DNA of 64,000 bases from Eledone cirrhosa (GCA_964016885.1 OZ024740.1:384152001-384216000), one strand, 5' to 3'; numbered from the stretch's first letter, positions 12,912-26,740 are shown. Notes: a model not told the origin generated them from the letters alone. Program-made: numbers and translations.

Positions 12912-14691
12912 ATGCGTGTATGTAGGTAGGTATGTGTGTGTGTGCAGAGAAGGGTTTGACTAGTGACAGACAATCAGACAGATAACATTGCTGATAGATA
13001 GTTCGATGCATATTAGCAAAATATTGGCAATTTATGATCGAAAGGTTATTGTACAAGCAATCTACGCTCATATGTGATTTAGATTTTACAGATTCCTGAA
13101 CACCTGTTACTGTGGTTGTCAATTAAAAATGAATAAATAATGTTTTATAATAAGCATATTTAGAGACCTGAATATAACCGGAAAATCATTTGCAAAAAGA
13201 ATGCAATGTCAGATATGGTTAACTTTATTAGTAATGTTCAGAAAGAGAAAACGTGTGATATAAATAACAGTCGTAGCATTAAAATGAATGTCTACGAAAT
13301 AAAAAAAAGCGCTTCGATTGTATTTTATATAATTCCAAACAATGTTCCAGTATGAATCATGCTAAATGGAGAAGAGTGTTTCGCCTGTTAAAACATAAAA
13401 AAAAGGCTTCCACTTTCAGTGGTCCACACCTTACGCTTTTCAATTAAAGAAATAATTGTAGTTCTAGATACAGTTAGACGAATAGAGAAAAAGTGAATGC
13501 TTTTTTTATTATATTTATGAATGAACAGATCTGAATTCGGGGTTAAAGACTAGAACCATGATCTCATAAATATACAATATATTTATATTGCTTTTCATTA
13601 CTGATATGATGAAGAAAATACTGAATTGAAAAGACACATTACTTTTATAGTTTCAGAATATTCACACAAACGATGTATACATATGTAGATAACGATTTAA
13701 ACGTAGATAAGAAATCAATTCGTCTGTTATTCTATCAAATAGAACGAAATTTGAAATTAGAACGTAAAGAGGCACAGTTAGAACATGTTAGTCTGGAGCT
13801 TTAGTGATTACTACATATCTGTGTCTCGTTACAGACAAATACTACAAAAGTAATGTAATGAAATTAACAACTAAAACCTAAATATGGATTTTTGCAATCA
13901 GAATATAGAAGCAACCGATCACTTTATTTGTGGCACCCGAGTCATTGCTAATACAGTATATCCATAACTATAACATGACTCAGTAGGTAGCTATGTTCAC
14001 TAGGCCGTATTCTAATTCGTTAACATGAACATTCAGATGAAGCGATGCAAGCATGTACCAATGCTGGTTTTTGTTAATGATCTGATTACAAACATTAGGG
14101 ACTAGTCTCTGCACAATGATTGATAAAATGCTCAAATTGATGACATACCAATTCATAGACACGCGTTACTGGGTTACGAAAGTAGATGATTAACATAACA
14201 CATATGTTACACAATAAACTAATGAAACAACTATGGCACACCAGAAAATTATACAACTAAATAATTGCCAAAGAGTATAATTCTATACTCCCAAACTTCA
14301 ACTCTGTACACCCCTCTGAAACATATAGGAATATGAGTAAAGATTTCATGAAACCGACGAAAACAGAACTATATTTATAAAACGATTATGAATTTACGAT
14401 ACATCATCAATCATTACAATCTCTATTGAAAGTTTATTGCAAAAATGTTAACAGCTGAAATAATTTGTGTCTATATGAACCTGTACAATATAATTCAAAT
14501 TACATCATATCTAATAATCTCCGGAATATGTCAGTCATCAAATGGTAACAGAACACTGAAACGAGCTAAGCTCGAAAGGGCTTGCTCAACATGATAAAAT
14601 ATTAGTCACATTTTCATGAGAATGCCTATATCTAAACTGCACTGTCTAATGTACTATAATGTACACGGTGATTGAACAGGTAGATGAGATT

Positions 14692-14815
14692 ATTATTACT
14701 GGTATGATTAACTTTGCCTTTCATCCTTACGGGGTCGATAAAATAAAGTACCAGTAATGTACTGGTTAATTGCTGGCCTTGTGCCAATAGTAGAAATAAT
14801 TATTACTGGTATGAT
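14692..14815 (+). mobile_element. 5'-truncated SINE with perfect 17-bp TSD
   Basis: ATTATTACTGGTATGAT at 14692-14708 and 14799-14815 flanks the SINE core and tail. Confidence 0.9.
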
Positions 14816-14958
14816 GTTGAATTCAAGTGTAATCAACCGTCGTTATACACACACACGCCACCCCCCGGACACACTCACACACATACATATATGTAAATAT
14901 ATATATATATATCACATAAGACACGGAGATTCAGTAATGCGACGAATTAGAATTTATT

Positions 14959-15055
14959 AGACATATTACAATCGTTTCTCTGGCGACCAGCTCGAGGTAC
15001 GATCGATGCGAAGATCGAACCTGACTATGAAATCGCAATTTCTTCAGATACGTCT
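14959..15055 (-). ncRNA. Hammerhead-like motif with 62-nt domain II
   Basis: AGACGUAU-CUGAAGA-(62 nt)-GAAA-C(GAUU)G-UA-AUAUGUCU; 8-bp stem I. The base of stem II pairs imperfectly. Confidence 0.6.
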
Positions 15056-15190
15056 TTATCCCTCGAAGCAGAATTTCCAAAAAAAATTCTGCTTCGAGGG
15101 ATAAAGACTTATCTGAAGAAATTGCGATTTCAGAGTCAGGTTCGATCCTCGCATCGATCGTACCTCGAGCTGGTCGCCAGAGAAACGATT
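14970..15190. repeat. ~107-bp-arm palindrome (inverted PLE pLTR)
   Basis: 14970-15076 is the reverse complement of 15084-15190 (about 3 mismatches); 7-nt loop. Confidence 0.9.
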
Positions 15191-15194
15191 CTGT

Positions 15195-15670
15195 ACGCTT
15201 TTGTTAAGACGCGGTTAACTTGACTGTCCGTTTTACACATTTCAGTTTGGTTCCAGCGAGACGGAGCAAGTCATCACACATCCAATGAGCCAGGAGAATG
15301 ACTGAAAAATAACTTTGGAAATCGTGTGTTCCGTTTGGAGAATGAATTATAGTACGCTCCACACATCTCTGATTTACGACAACAGCTTTTTTTTCCTTGG
15401 TGGTATATAGAGGATAGGGTATATATGTCAACAAACCCAGTAACATCACTAAAGGAAAACACCACCGAAGAGATCAGAACTAACCATTGGTCTGTTTGTA
15501 AAGACGGTGTATTAAACTTCTCCATACGCTTTAAATAATGAACGAATTCAAATAGGGAACACTTGGGAGATGTGGTGTAGCTGTGGTAAAAGAACATGTG
15601 TTTAATGCTTTTGTCAAATGAATGAATAATGTTCACGAAAATAAAATGTTCGCCACGACTTAGTAAACCT

Positions 15671-15672
<2 letters not shown>
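15195..15672 (+). mobile_element. mariner-type transposase 3' remnant
   Basis: WFQRDGASHHTS (~15248), then a degenerate P..SDL...FFL.GY..DRVY..KP...LKEN..EEI. Ends AAACCTG-TA. Confidence 0.7.
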
Positions 15673-15739
<67 letters not shown>

Positions 15740-15786
15740 TGAAATTAATGAATAAAAACAAAGAAACAGTTCCTTATATTAAAAAT

Positions 15787-15918
15787 TCATTATTTTACGA
15801 TCGTTTCTAGGATATATATGTTTGTGTTGGTATGAATATCATATAGATCTATGTACAATTTTTACAAACTATCAGAGGGAATATACATACCTACACATGC
15901 TGTCTTCCGAAACAATGA
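15787..15918 (-). ncRNA. Hammerhead-like motif with CGGAAGA core and 95-nt domain II (second copy at ~17794-17940, + strand)
   Basis: UCAUUGUUU-CGGAAGA-...UAGG...CCUA-GAAA-C(GAUC)G-UA-AAAUAAUGA; 9-bp stem I and palindromic stem III. U4->G is present in both arms. Confidence 0.5.
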
Positions 15919-16323
15919 TATTTGTTTATTGAAAAAAACCAACAAAGATTTAATATAATAGGTCTGTTTGGGAACAGGTTTTGAATTGACCAATAGAAAG
16001 ATAGTAAATGGTGAAGATGGTAAAAAAATTTTTATTGTCTTTAATTTGTAGATTAAATGGAACATTATACCAAGTAACTCGTCTATTAAGGTTTCGATGT
16101 TGTTTATTATTTTTATAGGATGTATCCTGATGTTTATTAAGAGAATTATTATTAATGATTTTATTACACATATTTTTAGTTAGATTCATTGATTTAGGTG
16201 TTTTAGCCTGTTTATTAGGAATTTTATTATTAACATATATTGGAGTATTAGGATGAATAGTTTTTTGAAAGTTACTATATTGTATATTAGAAGAGTTAGA
16301 GAAATTAAGTTTTATATTGGTAT

Positions 16324-17057
16324 TTTACTTGGTATAATGCTCCATTTAATCTACAAATTAAAGATAATATACCTAAAACAATTTTAGTATCCTAGAGAAA
16401 AACTTCCCGCCAAACCACAAATACCATCAAATTTTAAATAGATCAACGGTTAAATTCTCCTACTCAAGAACCAAAAACATACAACAAAATATAAGTGCCT
16501 ATAATGCATATAAATGGAAAAAGAACCTAACCATAATACTAAAATAAACCACAGCAAACCACCATCACATTCACATACAAGTCGTGAAAATTCCACACCT
16601 TAATTTGACTATCTCCTCAGATACGAAAGGTTGTAACTGTAGAAACAAAGCAAATTGCCCATTAAAAAGAAATTGCCTTATTAATAACATATTATATAAA
16701 TGTAAAGTTAACACTAAGGACTCAATTTATTCATATATAGGAGCTACTTCTAACCAATTTAAAGTAAGATTTAATACCCACAAACACAGTTTTAAAAATG
16801 CCGCATTAGCTAATACAACATCTTTAGCTGAAATAATTAATAATTATAGAAAGAGGAATATAGATTATGACCTGACCTGGAGTGTGCTCAAAAGGGCCAC
16901 ACCTTATCAAAATAATAGATATGAATGTAGATTATGTTCCCAGGAACTTTTTGAAATAGTGAAATCTAAGGATATCCTAATAAATAAACGACAGGAATTA
17001 ATTATATCATGTAATCATAAACTGAGAAGAACTTTTAAATATTATAAACCTAATTAA
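16324..17057 (+). pseudogene. PLE RT-thumb/linker plus GIY-YIG endonuclease (frameshifted)
   Basis: TWYNAPFNLQIKDNIP...NFPPNHKYHQILNRSTVKFSYS, then GCNCRNKANCPLKRNCLINNILYKCKV...YIGATSNQFKVRFNTHKHSF...CRLCSQE...LINKRQELIISCNH. Confidence 0.9.
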
Positions 17058-18127
17058 TATACACTTTAGAAATTATTATAATAAAACTTTTTTTAAATTA
17101 GTTAACCTATAATTAATATTCTACTACTAATGAACTGCATAATTTTATTTCCCTTTTACAGCTATCTTTTCATAAAATTTATACCATTAAGTATACATAT
17201 AAACTATTTTAATTTCAGGTTATGATTCTATGTTCCTTATAATCTATATAAATTTGTTATTTCTCACTAATAAATTTAACCCCCCCCCCCATCATTGTTA
17301 TTTTTTTTTTTTTATTTATTCCCTTCGTTTTTAACAGCACTCTTCAATTACATCTAACTCTTATTTATCATATCTATATGAATTAATATAAATTTATCAA
17401 TATAAATATACCTATCAATTTAATTAATTTATTTTCTTTTTATAGATGTAAATTCCTTATATTTTAAATAAGATTGGTATTTTTCACTAACACATTTATC
17501 GTAACATTTTATTCTCCTTAGATATTTACATTAGCATTATTCTTTTATAACATCAATTTTTCGTGTACTTTTTACTGACTTGACCTATTTTCATCCCTAA
17601 AATAATCCTTTCATTCATCATACTCTTTCCATTCAAAACTGAAATCTGCCTTCCTCTACCCCTAAATTAAAGTTCTATTACTACTATTTTACCATCTTGA
17701 CCATTTACTACCTTTCTATTGGTCAATTCAAAACCTGTTCCCAAACAGACCTATTATATTAAATCTTTGTTGGTTTTTTTCAATAAACAAATATCATTAT
17801 TTCGGAAGACAGCATATATATGTGTAGGTATGTATATTCCCTCTGATAGTTTGTAAACATTTTACATAGATCTATATGATATACATACCAACACAAACAT
17901 ATATATCCTAGAAATATCGTAAAATATCGTAAAATGTTGAATTTTTTAATATAAGGAACTGTTTCTTTGTTTTTATTCATTAATTTTATTAATTTATCTT
18001 GACTCTGTTTTCCTGTATTTTCCATGGGAAAAAATCTTTCGAATACATCTTCTCTTTTCATGATATTCGGATTACATTGAGCTCTTCATACGAATTGGAC
18101 ACTACCGTACATTTTGGTAGATTTATC

Positions 18128-18199
<72 letters not shown>

Positions 18200-19437
18200 C
18201 GCCTACTTAATGTTGATACTGAGCTGAACAAAACTACAATGATATGACGTTCAGTTGATTTGAATTTACAATATTTGTTGTTTTTATTGAATCTGTGTTT
18301 TTTCCCTTATCAAGCATTTTGATCCCGTAGAATGAATTCAACACCTTAGCATTCGTGACAACTGCAAACATTTTAGTCAAAAAGTACTTTATGTTTATAA
18401 ATAGAAGATGGGATTATAGAACTATCTTTGTGTTCTAACTGCATTAATGTACTTTTTCTTTCTTCCATTTTTTTTTTTTGCTCTAAAGCAAAACTTGTAT
18501 ATTTGCTGCATCTTAGTTGATATTTTATAGCAAAAATTGAACACACCAGAGCAATGTGGCCTTCCTTTGTTGTATGGGTAATCTATTAGTGTTCCTTTTT
18601 ATTGCTTTGGTATTTTATTAGAACATATATTTTATGGAAGCTCAAAAGTTTAGATAAAAATATGAGAATGCAATGATTCAAGCGGTGATAGCAATCTCAA
18701 ATATTGTTTTGACGTGCATTTTTGTATTTAGCCCTAGATCAAAGTTGCGCAAACAAATCTATAATCAAATAATATCCATTTGTGACCATTCCCTTTTTAT
18801 ATTCATAATTTAACCATCTCTACATAGCCCAATGAGTTGTTCAATTTTTAAGACGGCATCATGTCATTTAAAGACATGACTGCAATTTCTGTTAAGTGAT
18901 GTGTCTATGTAGAGCCTCTAGATTTGGTTTGGTTCAACGATATATCGCTGTTTCTCTTTTGGTAGATTCTGATTCTTGATCTAAATCTGAACCATCCCAA
19001 TTTTCTCGCCCGTTTAAGGTGACTTATCATTTTCATTGGTTACATTTTCAAGGAAAGTATAGATACCTAGGGAGCGGATTCATTTACTATATATCGTAAG
19101 CCTTTAATGAGCATGATTCTCACGCTGGTTTATTTCGATAGGATATTACTATCAAATTGGCATGAAATATATAGTTAGTGTTTAAACATCTCCTTAGCTC
19201 CTTTTAAAAATATATGTAGACGCTTGTTTGATGTGTGAATTTAAATGGTTTCTAGCATACATAATACATTTTGTTATTTTGAAAAGATGATGATATCCCA
19301 GGTAGGTGTTTACATATACACCTTCATTGTAACTTCATGGTTTATCTTATGATGTTTTAGTAGTGTGGTCTTAAAGGTTTTCTAATCATCTTTTTATGAG
19401 TTATTTTGTCAAGTATATGAATTTATTATAAGATATA

Positions 19438-19597
19438 CCGTATTTCCAGGCGCTGAAACCGCTCTGTCCTCGAGGACGCACCCTAGTTTTGACAATCAAA
19501 AGTTTGAAAAAAACAACGTTCGGCCTCCAGGAAGCATGGTAGATTTTTGACACTTATTTTAGGAAAAAAGAAGCGTCTTCAAAGCCGGGAAATACAG
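19438..19597. mobile_element. Tc1/pogo-type MITE
   Basis: TA-CCGTATTTCC...GGAAATACAG-TA terminal inverted repeats with TA TSD. Confidence 0.75.
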
Positions 19598-19770
19598 TAA
19601 GCATAACCTTAAGAAGGTAAAAGGGTATTACAAGCGGTAACAGAACTCTGAAATGAATCTAAGCGATATATGATGTAATGGTTACTATATTAAATATACA
19701 GTCACATGTACATATCAAATACTGACATATATACATGTGTGTGCGTGTGCGTGTGTTTGTTTGTGTATGC

Positions 19771-19838
<68 letters not shown>

Positions 19839-19844
19839 TATTAT

Positions 19845-20110
19845 ATTTGGGGAGGGTCATATTGTTACAGTATTCCCAGAAATAATAACAAAACACACTC
19901 ACTGTTTGGTTTGGGTTGCTTTTCGCTTTTGTATATTTTATATCCCTATAGTTAATTTAGCGGGCAATCAATGTTTATCGTTGAGTAACCAACGGTTAAA
20001 AATATATATATAAATATATATGTATATTGTTTATCAAAGTTCTCACATCACACACCTATGTCATCATCAGTGGTACTATTTTGTTGTTATTGTAATGTCT
20101 ATTCCGTTTT
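19845..20110 (-). mobile_element. PLE-like pLTR fragment, degenerate copy of 24920-25190
   Basis: Shared blocks GGTCATATTGTT, ACACACTCACTGTTTGGTT and CATCATCAGTGGTACTATT. Both copies abut (TA)n. Confidence 0.65.
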
Positions 20111-20253
20111 AACTGTGAAATTAATGTATCTATGTGACTTATTATAGTATATATAAACATTCCTGGAATTACGTTCATTGTGATCACCACGGAAACTCTA
20201 GAGTCCAAAACCCCTCCATGTTATCATTCCCCTAACAAAATCTGATCATTTCT

Positions 20254-20369
<116 letters not shown>

Positions 20370-21177
20370 GCACATACACACACACACACACATATGTATA
20401 TATGTATATATATATATAACGATATAAGGGCTGCATTAAACGGTGAACAATTACTATTTCTCTTTTTGACGAATGATCAGTTTGGATCATCTAGTATTAT
20501 CGTTTTCCAGTAAGAAAATCAGATTTACCAGAGAGATACGATAAAAAAGATACAGTAGATTCAATATATAGAAATACGTACGTTATTTTATAGATCACAC
20601 AATCTAAGATTTCCTATGTAATATATTCTTTTCTTTTTCGTCGAATGCGTTTATCTCCCCAAATTGAAGTTTCTTGGGATTGCGTAGGACGCATAACTCC
20701 GAATAGATCGAACGGTGGCAATGCAAAAAGAGATCTCCCTAAACAACTGAAGGATTATCCAATCTATTAAAAAGAAAATAATTTGCAAAATGCAAAATCA
20801 TTTTCTATTAATTGTTTATTAAAATATATTGAAAAATGTTCCCGTAACAATGATTGCTATTTTAATTTACACAAAATACAAAATTTAATTTCAAATTTAA
20901 GAAGTCGTAAATATTTCTCTATTTTGCGTCATAGCTGATTCTTTCCAGGTTCGTATATGATGCCTTTTCCTATGTCATCACATGATTTCAAATAGTATCT
21001 CCATAATTGGGATTAAATATAAAACATTATGATAAATTACCTACAATTAATTATAATATGTAACGTTCCTATCCTAATATATCATTTCATTATTGATATC
21101 GATTGCCGATTAATCGATACTGTGTGATATAATAATTAATGTAATTAGTAATCCCCAATTCGCTTATCGGCTCATCC

Positions 21178-21244
<67 letters not shown>

Positions 21245-21463
21245 GTATATAAATATATGTGTGTGTATAGCAATGGTGGCAGAATCTTGGAATTTATGAG
21301 AAAGTTAGAACCATCATCGAATTGTTTTCCTAGAGAAAAACAGTCCCGAGCAGGAAAAATAGACTAATGTGAACTCTTTTCCGTTAAGGCGATATATACT
21401 CTCTATTAGGCTATTTTTCTGTAGTCAAAAAATTCCATGTTGATACTATTTTTCACACACACA

Positions 21464-21533
<70 letters not shown>

Positions 21534-21539
21534 TATACA

Positions 21540-23085
21540 GTTCAAGAGTAACCAATCTTAAAGAGAGAGATGGAGATAGGAGAGGATAGATTGGTGAATT
21601 AGTTAGAAGCCAAAGCGTAGAGGCATGTGCTCAATGTGCAATATGCAGTAGAAAGCAGCTAGGTGCCTGGGTTCATGCAGAAGTTAAGTGCGCAGAGCTG
21701 GAAATATTCATTAGTTAAGCAAAACAAAACCACACATTTCACAACGAAGACATTATTAAAATATTGTCAACATATTTTAGTTTGATGTAAGGAATGTAGT
21801 GATAATAATAATAATATTAATAATAATAATGTCCGTTTACAATTGTTTCGGTACACCATATCATATTTCTGGATCAGATGACTATATATAATAATTGATC
21901 TGGTTCAGTTGAAAATAATTAACATATTTAAAAGACAGAGTGGCTCATCGTAACTTCAAAGGAATATAAATTAAAATAATGAGAGAATGTTACATAATAT
22001 AATGTTCCATATATTGGTTTTTACTATGGCGTCTTGGTTGCATCAGTTGTCAGCCATAATCAAGCAGTATTCGTCTGTCGAGGCTGCATTGTGTGAGATC
22101 TGCCTATGGGTAACAATATGGCTGCCAAAGGGCATATTTACCTTACTAATTAGAGGGTGGTTTCAGGGAAAGTAACTCCTCGAGAGATTAGAAAGTGTGG
22201 GTGTTTATAGTTAAGTGCTAATTTTTAAATTGTTTTAATTAAGAGACAATATAGGGGAGGTAACTTATAATTATCGAGTTGTTCATAGCAATTTAACTTA
22301 TTAGCTACAAGTAAAAGTAGGGCTACATGACTAAGTTGTGTCAACAATTCTATTGGCGAAGGAATTAGCCCTTCCATGTTGACAGCTAATAGTTACCTCC
22401 GTTCTATCGGTAACCGGTATAGGTCGTGATAGAGTTATGTAATATGCTTCCGTAATACAGAGATCACAAGATTTTCTTCGTCCATTGAACGGTTGGGCCC
22501 TAGCCACGATATCCCATTTTAGTGAGTGTTGAACGTTGTTTAATTTAAGGTTTTTAATGAGTCCGGCTAGCGATGTCGAACATCTGTTGCTAGGGTCGCG
22601 GAAGGAAAATGAGTGCGCGTTATAGCGTACCTTAAAAGGGTTAGAGGTAGACCCGATATAAGAGCTGGTATTCGAACCAGTCTTAACCGTGCACCTATAG
22701 ACTATGTTGGGTGTCAGACTGTGTCCATTTAATGGGCATGCATTGGGGGTAACGGCAGTTGCAGTTGCTTCTGCGGTTAGTGAGAGTAGGGTTGTTTATC
22801 CTAAGCGGTAGGTCCGTACTAGAAGGATTAGATGGGGGAGGTGTGCTACTAGAGTAATTATTGGTGTAGTGGCGTGGTGTATTTGATAGGGGTGGTGCTA
22901 CTGCGGTGTGGGAGTTATACTGTCTTAGCTTATGATGGTTACTGAATGCGATGTGGCTAGCTAGGTTAGGTGTTGTGGAGAATGAGATTTTAATGTTATT
23001 GTTATTAAAGAGTTTGTAATATTTATGGTTGGGGGGATGTTTAGATAGGGTAGAGAAGAAGCGTTTGGGGATATTATATGAATAT
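21540..23085 (-). mobile_element. 5'-truncated PLE; GIY-YIG pseudogene at ~22331-23085
   Basis: Manual translation: KHPPNHKYYKLFNNNNIKISFSTTPNLA...CNCR/ACPLNGHSLTPNIVYRCTV...YIGSTSNPFKVRYNAHSFSF...CDLCITE...ISCQH. Bounded by (TA)n at both ends. A degenerate GAAACAATTGTA HHR half lies at ~21837-21850. Confidence 0.85.
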
Positions 23086-23100
23086 TATATGGATATTATA

Positions 23101-23144
<44 letters not shown>

Positions 23145-23234
23145 ATATATATATATATATAAATGAAAGTTAGATTTAATAAATGATACTGAAACCCTGT
23201 AATTAACAAGCTCAAAGTATAAATACTGAGCATT

Positions 23235-23617
23235 ATAATAATATATGTTGTAAGAAACACAGTAAGTCGTGTGTCTAATATTACGAGGTTTGGGTTGAAG
23301 AACCACATTTGTTTGAAATATCTAACCATGAAACAGACAGAATGATAAAATAAAATTAAATTAAACTATACAAACCGCCTCAATAACAATTATATCTCTC
23401 GGACAGATTAGGGATTAACACACTCAGGGCGAAACAGATTAATCCCTAATCTGTCCGAGAGATATAATTGTTATTGAGGCGGTTTGTATAGTATAATTTT
23501 ATTTTATTTTAACATTCTGTCTGCTTCATGGTTAAATATTTCAAACAAATGTGTTTCTTCAACCCTCGTAATATTAGACACACGACTTACTGTGTTTCTT
23601 ACTACATATATTATTAT
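23235..23617. repeat. ~185-bp-arm fold-back of a PLE pLTR with an HHR 3' half at the turn
   Basis: Arms 23235-23418 and 23439-23617. The centre reads GGGC-GAAA-CAGATTA(ATCCC)TAATCTG-TC. Confidence 0.85.
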
Positions 23618-23631
23618 TATATATATATATA

Positions 23632-24904
23632 CAAGGGTTGGACACAATAATGGAAACATGTAGCATCATAGCATCATAATTTTGAAATATCTATAAAACC
23701 GTCAAAAGCTTGTTTATTTTTATGTTTTATTTATTTATAATTAGTGTTACTTAATATGTTTTGTTAAAATTGCTGTTTCTCTTCAGATATCATCAGAAAA
23801 AGGTAATTAAAATTCATTAAAATGACAGATCTATCGGACTTTCATAGATGTCAAATTGTTGGTGCTCGTATGGCATGCGTTAGCGTAACGAAAACAGCCG
23901 AAATGTTTGGTGTATCAAGAAGTACTGTCTCGAAAGTAATGGCAGCCTTTGAGAAAGAAGGAAAAACCTCCTCGTCGAAACAAAACTCCGGAAGAAAACC
24001 AAAACTTTCAGATAGGGACCGTCGGACTCTTACGCGAATTTTTTGGAAAGGATCCCAAAAGTACAGCTCCCAAAATTACTGCAGAGCTTAATGACCACCT
24101 CAAGAACCCAGTTACCACAAAAACGGTTCACCGGGAGCTACACAAAGCCGGATTTCATGGGAGGGCTGCAATCAGAAAACCACTACTTTCAAAAGCAAAT
24201 GTTGCAACGCGTTTAGAATGGAGTAAAAACCTACAGAATTGGTCCCTAGAGCAGTGGAATAATGTTATTTCATCGGACGAGTCATCCTTTACCTTATTTC
24301 CGACCACCGAGCGAGTATACGTGTGGAGACCGCCAAAAGAAGCATTTGACCTAGACTGCCTTCTTTCATCTGTTAAACATGGAGGAGCATCTGTGATGAT
24401 CTGGGGGGCTATATCTTGGTAATCCGCCGGCCTAATGGTTTCCCTTCATGGCATAATTAATAATCAAGACTATTTAAGCATTTTATCTGATTAAATTCAT
24501 CCTATCGTTCCGGAACTGTTTCCGGAGCGAAACGCAATCTTTCGGGATGATAATGCACCAATTCACGCAGCTAAATTGTTACTGAATGGCACGAGGAACA
24601 TTCTAGTGAAGTTGAACATCTTATCTGGCCATCACAATCCCCTAATCTCAATATTATTGAACATTTATGGTGCATTCTAGAAAAACAAGTAAGGAGTCGA
24701 TATCCTCCACCATCATCACTACAAGAACTGGAGACTGTTTTAGATGAAGAATGGACAAAATTTCCTTTGGAAACAATTCCAACTTGTACGACTCCATATG
24801 TCATGGAATGCAAGCTCTAATTACTGCCAAAGGCGGTCCTGGCCCATATTAAAATAAATTCGTTTGTAATTTTAAGGTGTTTCCATTATTTACTCCAACA
24901 CCTG
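23632..24904 (+). mobile_element. Full-length Tc1-like DD34E transposon, transposase inactivated
   Basis: TA-flanked TIRs CAAGGGTTGGACACAATAATGGAAACA / TGTTTCCATTATTTACTCCAACACCTG. Transposase spans 23822-~24852 with HTH, GRKPKL, SDES, DDNAP and SPNLNIIEHLW, broken by frameshifts and stops. Confidence 0.95.
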
Positions 24905-25114
24905 TATATATATATATTGTCATACTTGTGGAAGGTCATATTGTTGTAATAATATTGCCAGAAATACTAAAAGAACACACTCACTGTTTGGTTGGTTTTC
25001 GCTTCTGTATCTTTTATATCCACAGTTAATTCATTCGGTCCTCAATGTTTACCATTGACTGACCAACGGTCAAAGATACAGATATAATATAGATATAAAC
25101 ACATGTATATAGTC

Positions 25115-25157
25115 TAACAAAGTTCTTTCGTTGCACATCTGAACATCATCAGTGGTA
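25115..25157 (-). ncRNA. Minimal hammerhead candidate in a pLTR fragment (24920-25190)
   Basis: UACCA-CUGAUGA-UGUUCA(GAUG)UGCAAC-GAAA-GAAC-UU-UGUUA. Confidence 0.5.
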
Positions 25158-25504
25158 CTATTATGTTCCTCCTGTTGTATTGTATATCTACGGCTTTTTT
25201 TATAAAATTGCAAGTTTGAAGAATTATTAGATAAAATATACATACAGTCCTTCCTCTCCCTAGTCCATAGAAATCAACCACATAAATAATCATTTAATCG
25301 AGGCTATGAGTTTAAAATGTAACTATGAAGAAATAATAGACAAATGATACAGACTATTTTCTGCGAGGAACAACCAGATAAAATTTATCTTATTATTCCT
25401 TTTAACCCGTAGAATTGACTAGACAAATAATCAATTAAACGCAGTTAGGTCTAAAATATAAGTTAGATGAAAAAATGCATATAAACTTTACCAAAATTCT
25501 TCTA

Positions 25505-25589
25505 GTCCCGACTGCCGGCAGTTTCGCTCTATTTTGCGGATATATCCGATCCTGGATTTATCCACGAGGCTTGGACCTTATCAAGAGAC
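25505..25589 (-). ncRNA. Hammerhead with U3-A8 core (UUGAUAA), 52-nt domain II and palindromic stem III
   Basis: GUCUC-UUGAUAA-GGUC...GUGGAUA..UAUCCGC...GAGC-GAAA-CUGC(CG)GCAG-UC-GGGAC. Confidence 0.7.
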
Positions 25590-25988
25590 ACTCGGAGTTT
25601 GGACTAAAATTTCCACCGTGATCCCCGCCAGAAATGAATTCAAAATGGCTAAGAATTATCATATGTCTACTGGTCAAGGTAGAAGGTTGTGATTGGTTAC
25701 CAGGCGGCGAGTAGGATGGTTGATAGAAAGCGCAGCCAGATACTGCCTAATGTGTTACTCTACCTTACGGGAATATATATTGAATTCATAGGGTTATTTG
25801 TATATATTTAGACATATATTTAGACATAGTCATATATGAGTGTGACTACCTTACTTACTGTGGTTACCCCCGAATGAACTCGGGATATATATATATATAT
25901 ATATAAATATGACTGCAACTCACACACGTACACACACATTCCTACTGACCGATTCATTTCCATTATCACAACAATGATCCACTTTACT

Positions 25989-26024
<36 letters not shown>

Positions 26025-26353
26025 GTCTTAATAGACACCTGAAATGTTGACCTCTATACATGACTGCAACTCAATCAAGCGGAAAAGGACACTCTTCGAC
26101 AAACCTACATTTGGCGCGCAATCAGTTCGCGCTAAAGTCAATTTAAACATTCTACCGACCAATCAAAATTGTTTTCACTACAAGAATGTTTGCAACACGA
26201 ATTGGCGCGTAATTTATAGCGCTTAATCACGTTACATTCAACAACCAACCAAATCTTAATACCTCTGAAGCCACTTTTTTCACATAAAACAGGAAGAATT
26301 TCCAAAACTGATCAGATTAGAGCAAAAATGACGAGCACTCTATCTCAAAATTA

Positions 26354-26388
26354 TTTTTGAAAAGCCTAAGAATGTGAAACCGGTAAAA
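26354..26388 (+). ncRNA. Minimal U3-A8 hammerhead candidate
   Basis: TTT-TTGAAAA-GCCTAAGAATGT-GAAA-CCGG-TA-AAA. Same architecture as 4106-4153, with a weak stem II. Confidence 0.5.
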
Positions 26389-26649
26389 ACTTAAAACTAA
26401 AACTGAATACTAACCAATACTTATTACTAATTTATACTTATTCCTAATTAAACTATTTTCCACTGGAAAAGATTTGTCAGCATTTTCTTTTCCTTTTTAC
26501 TTATATATATATATGAAAATATTATAAATAGAATAATAGATACAATATACCTATATATATATATATATTAAAATAACACATTAAAGATAGCGTATGATGT
26601 TATCCTTATCGATCCACCTACGGATTTTAGTTTTCACATTTATTATTAT

Positions 26650-26740
26650 TAATATATATATGTATACATACAGGCACACATACACAGACACTCACACACA
26701 CACACACACATATATATAGACACACACACACATATATATA

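Larger units (their letters stand above)
15735..17993. mobile_element. 5'-truncated PLE with inverted pLTR (15735-16025 vs 17687-17993) and an internal inversion
   Basis: Terminal arms are reverse complements. 16033-16076 is also inverted relative to 16326-16368. Begins at (TA)n. Confidence 0.85.
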
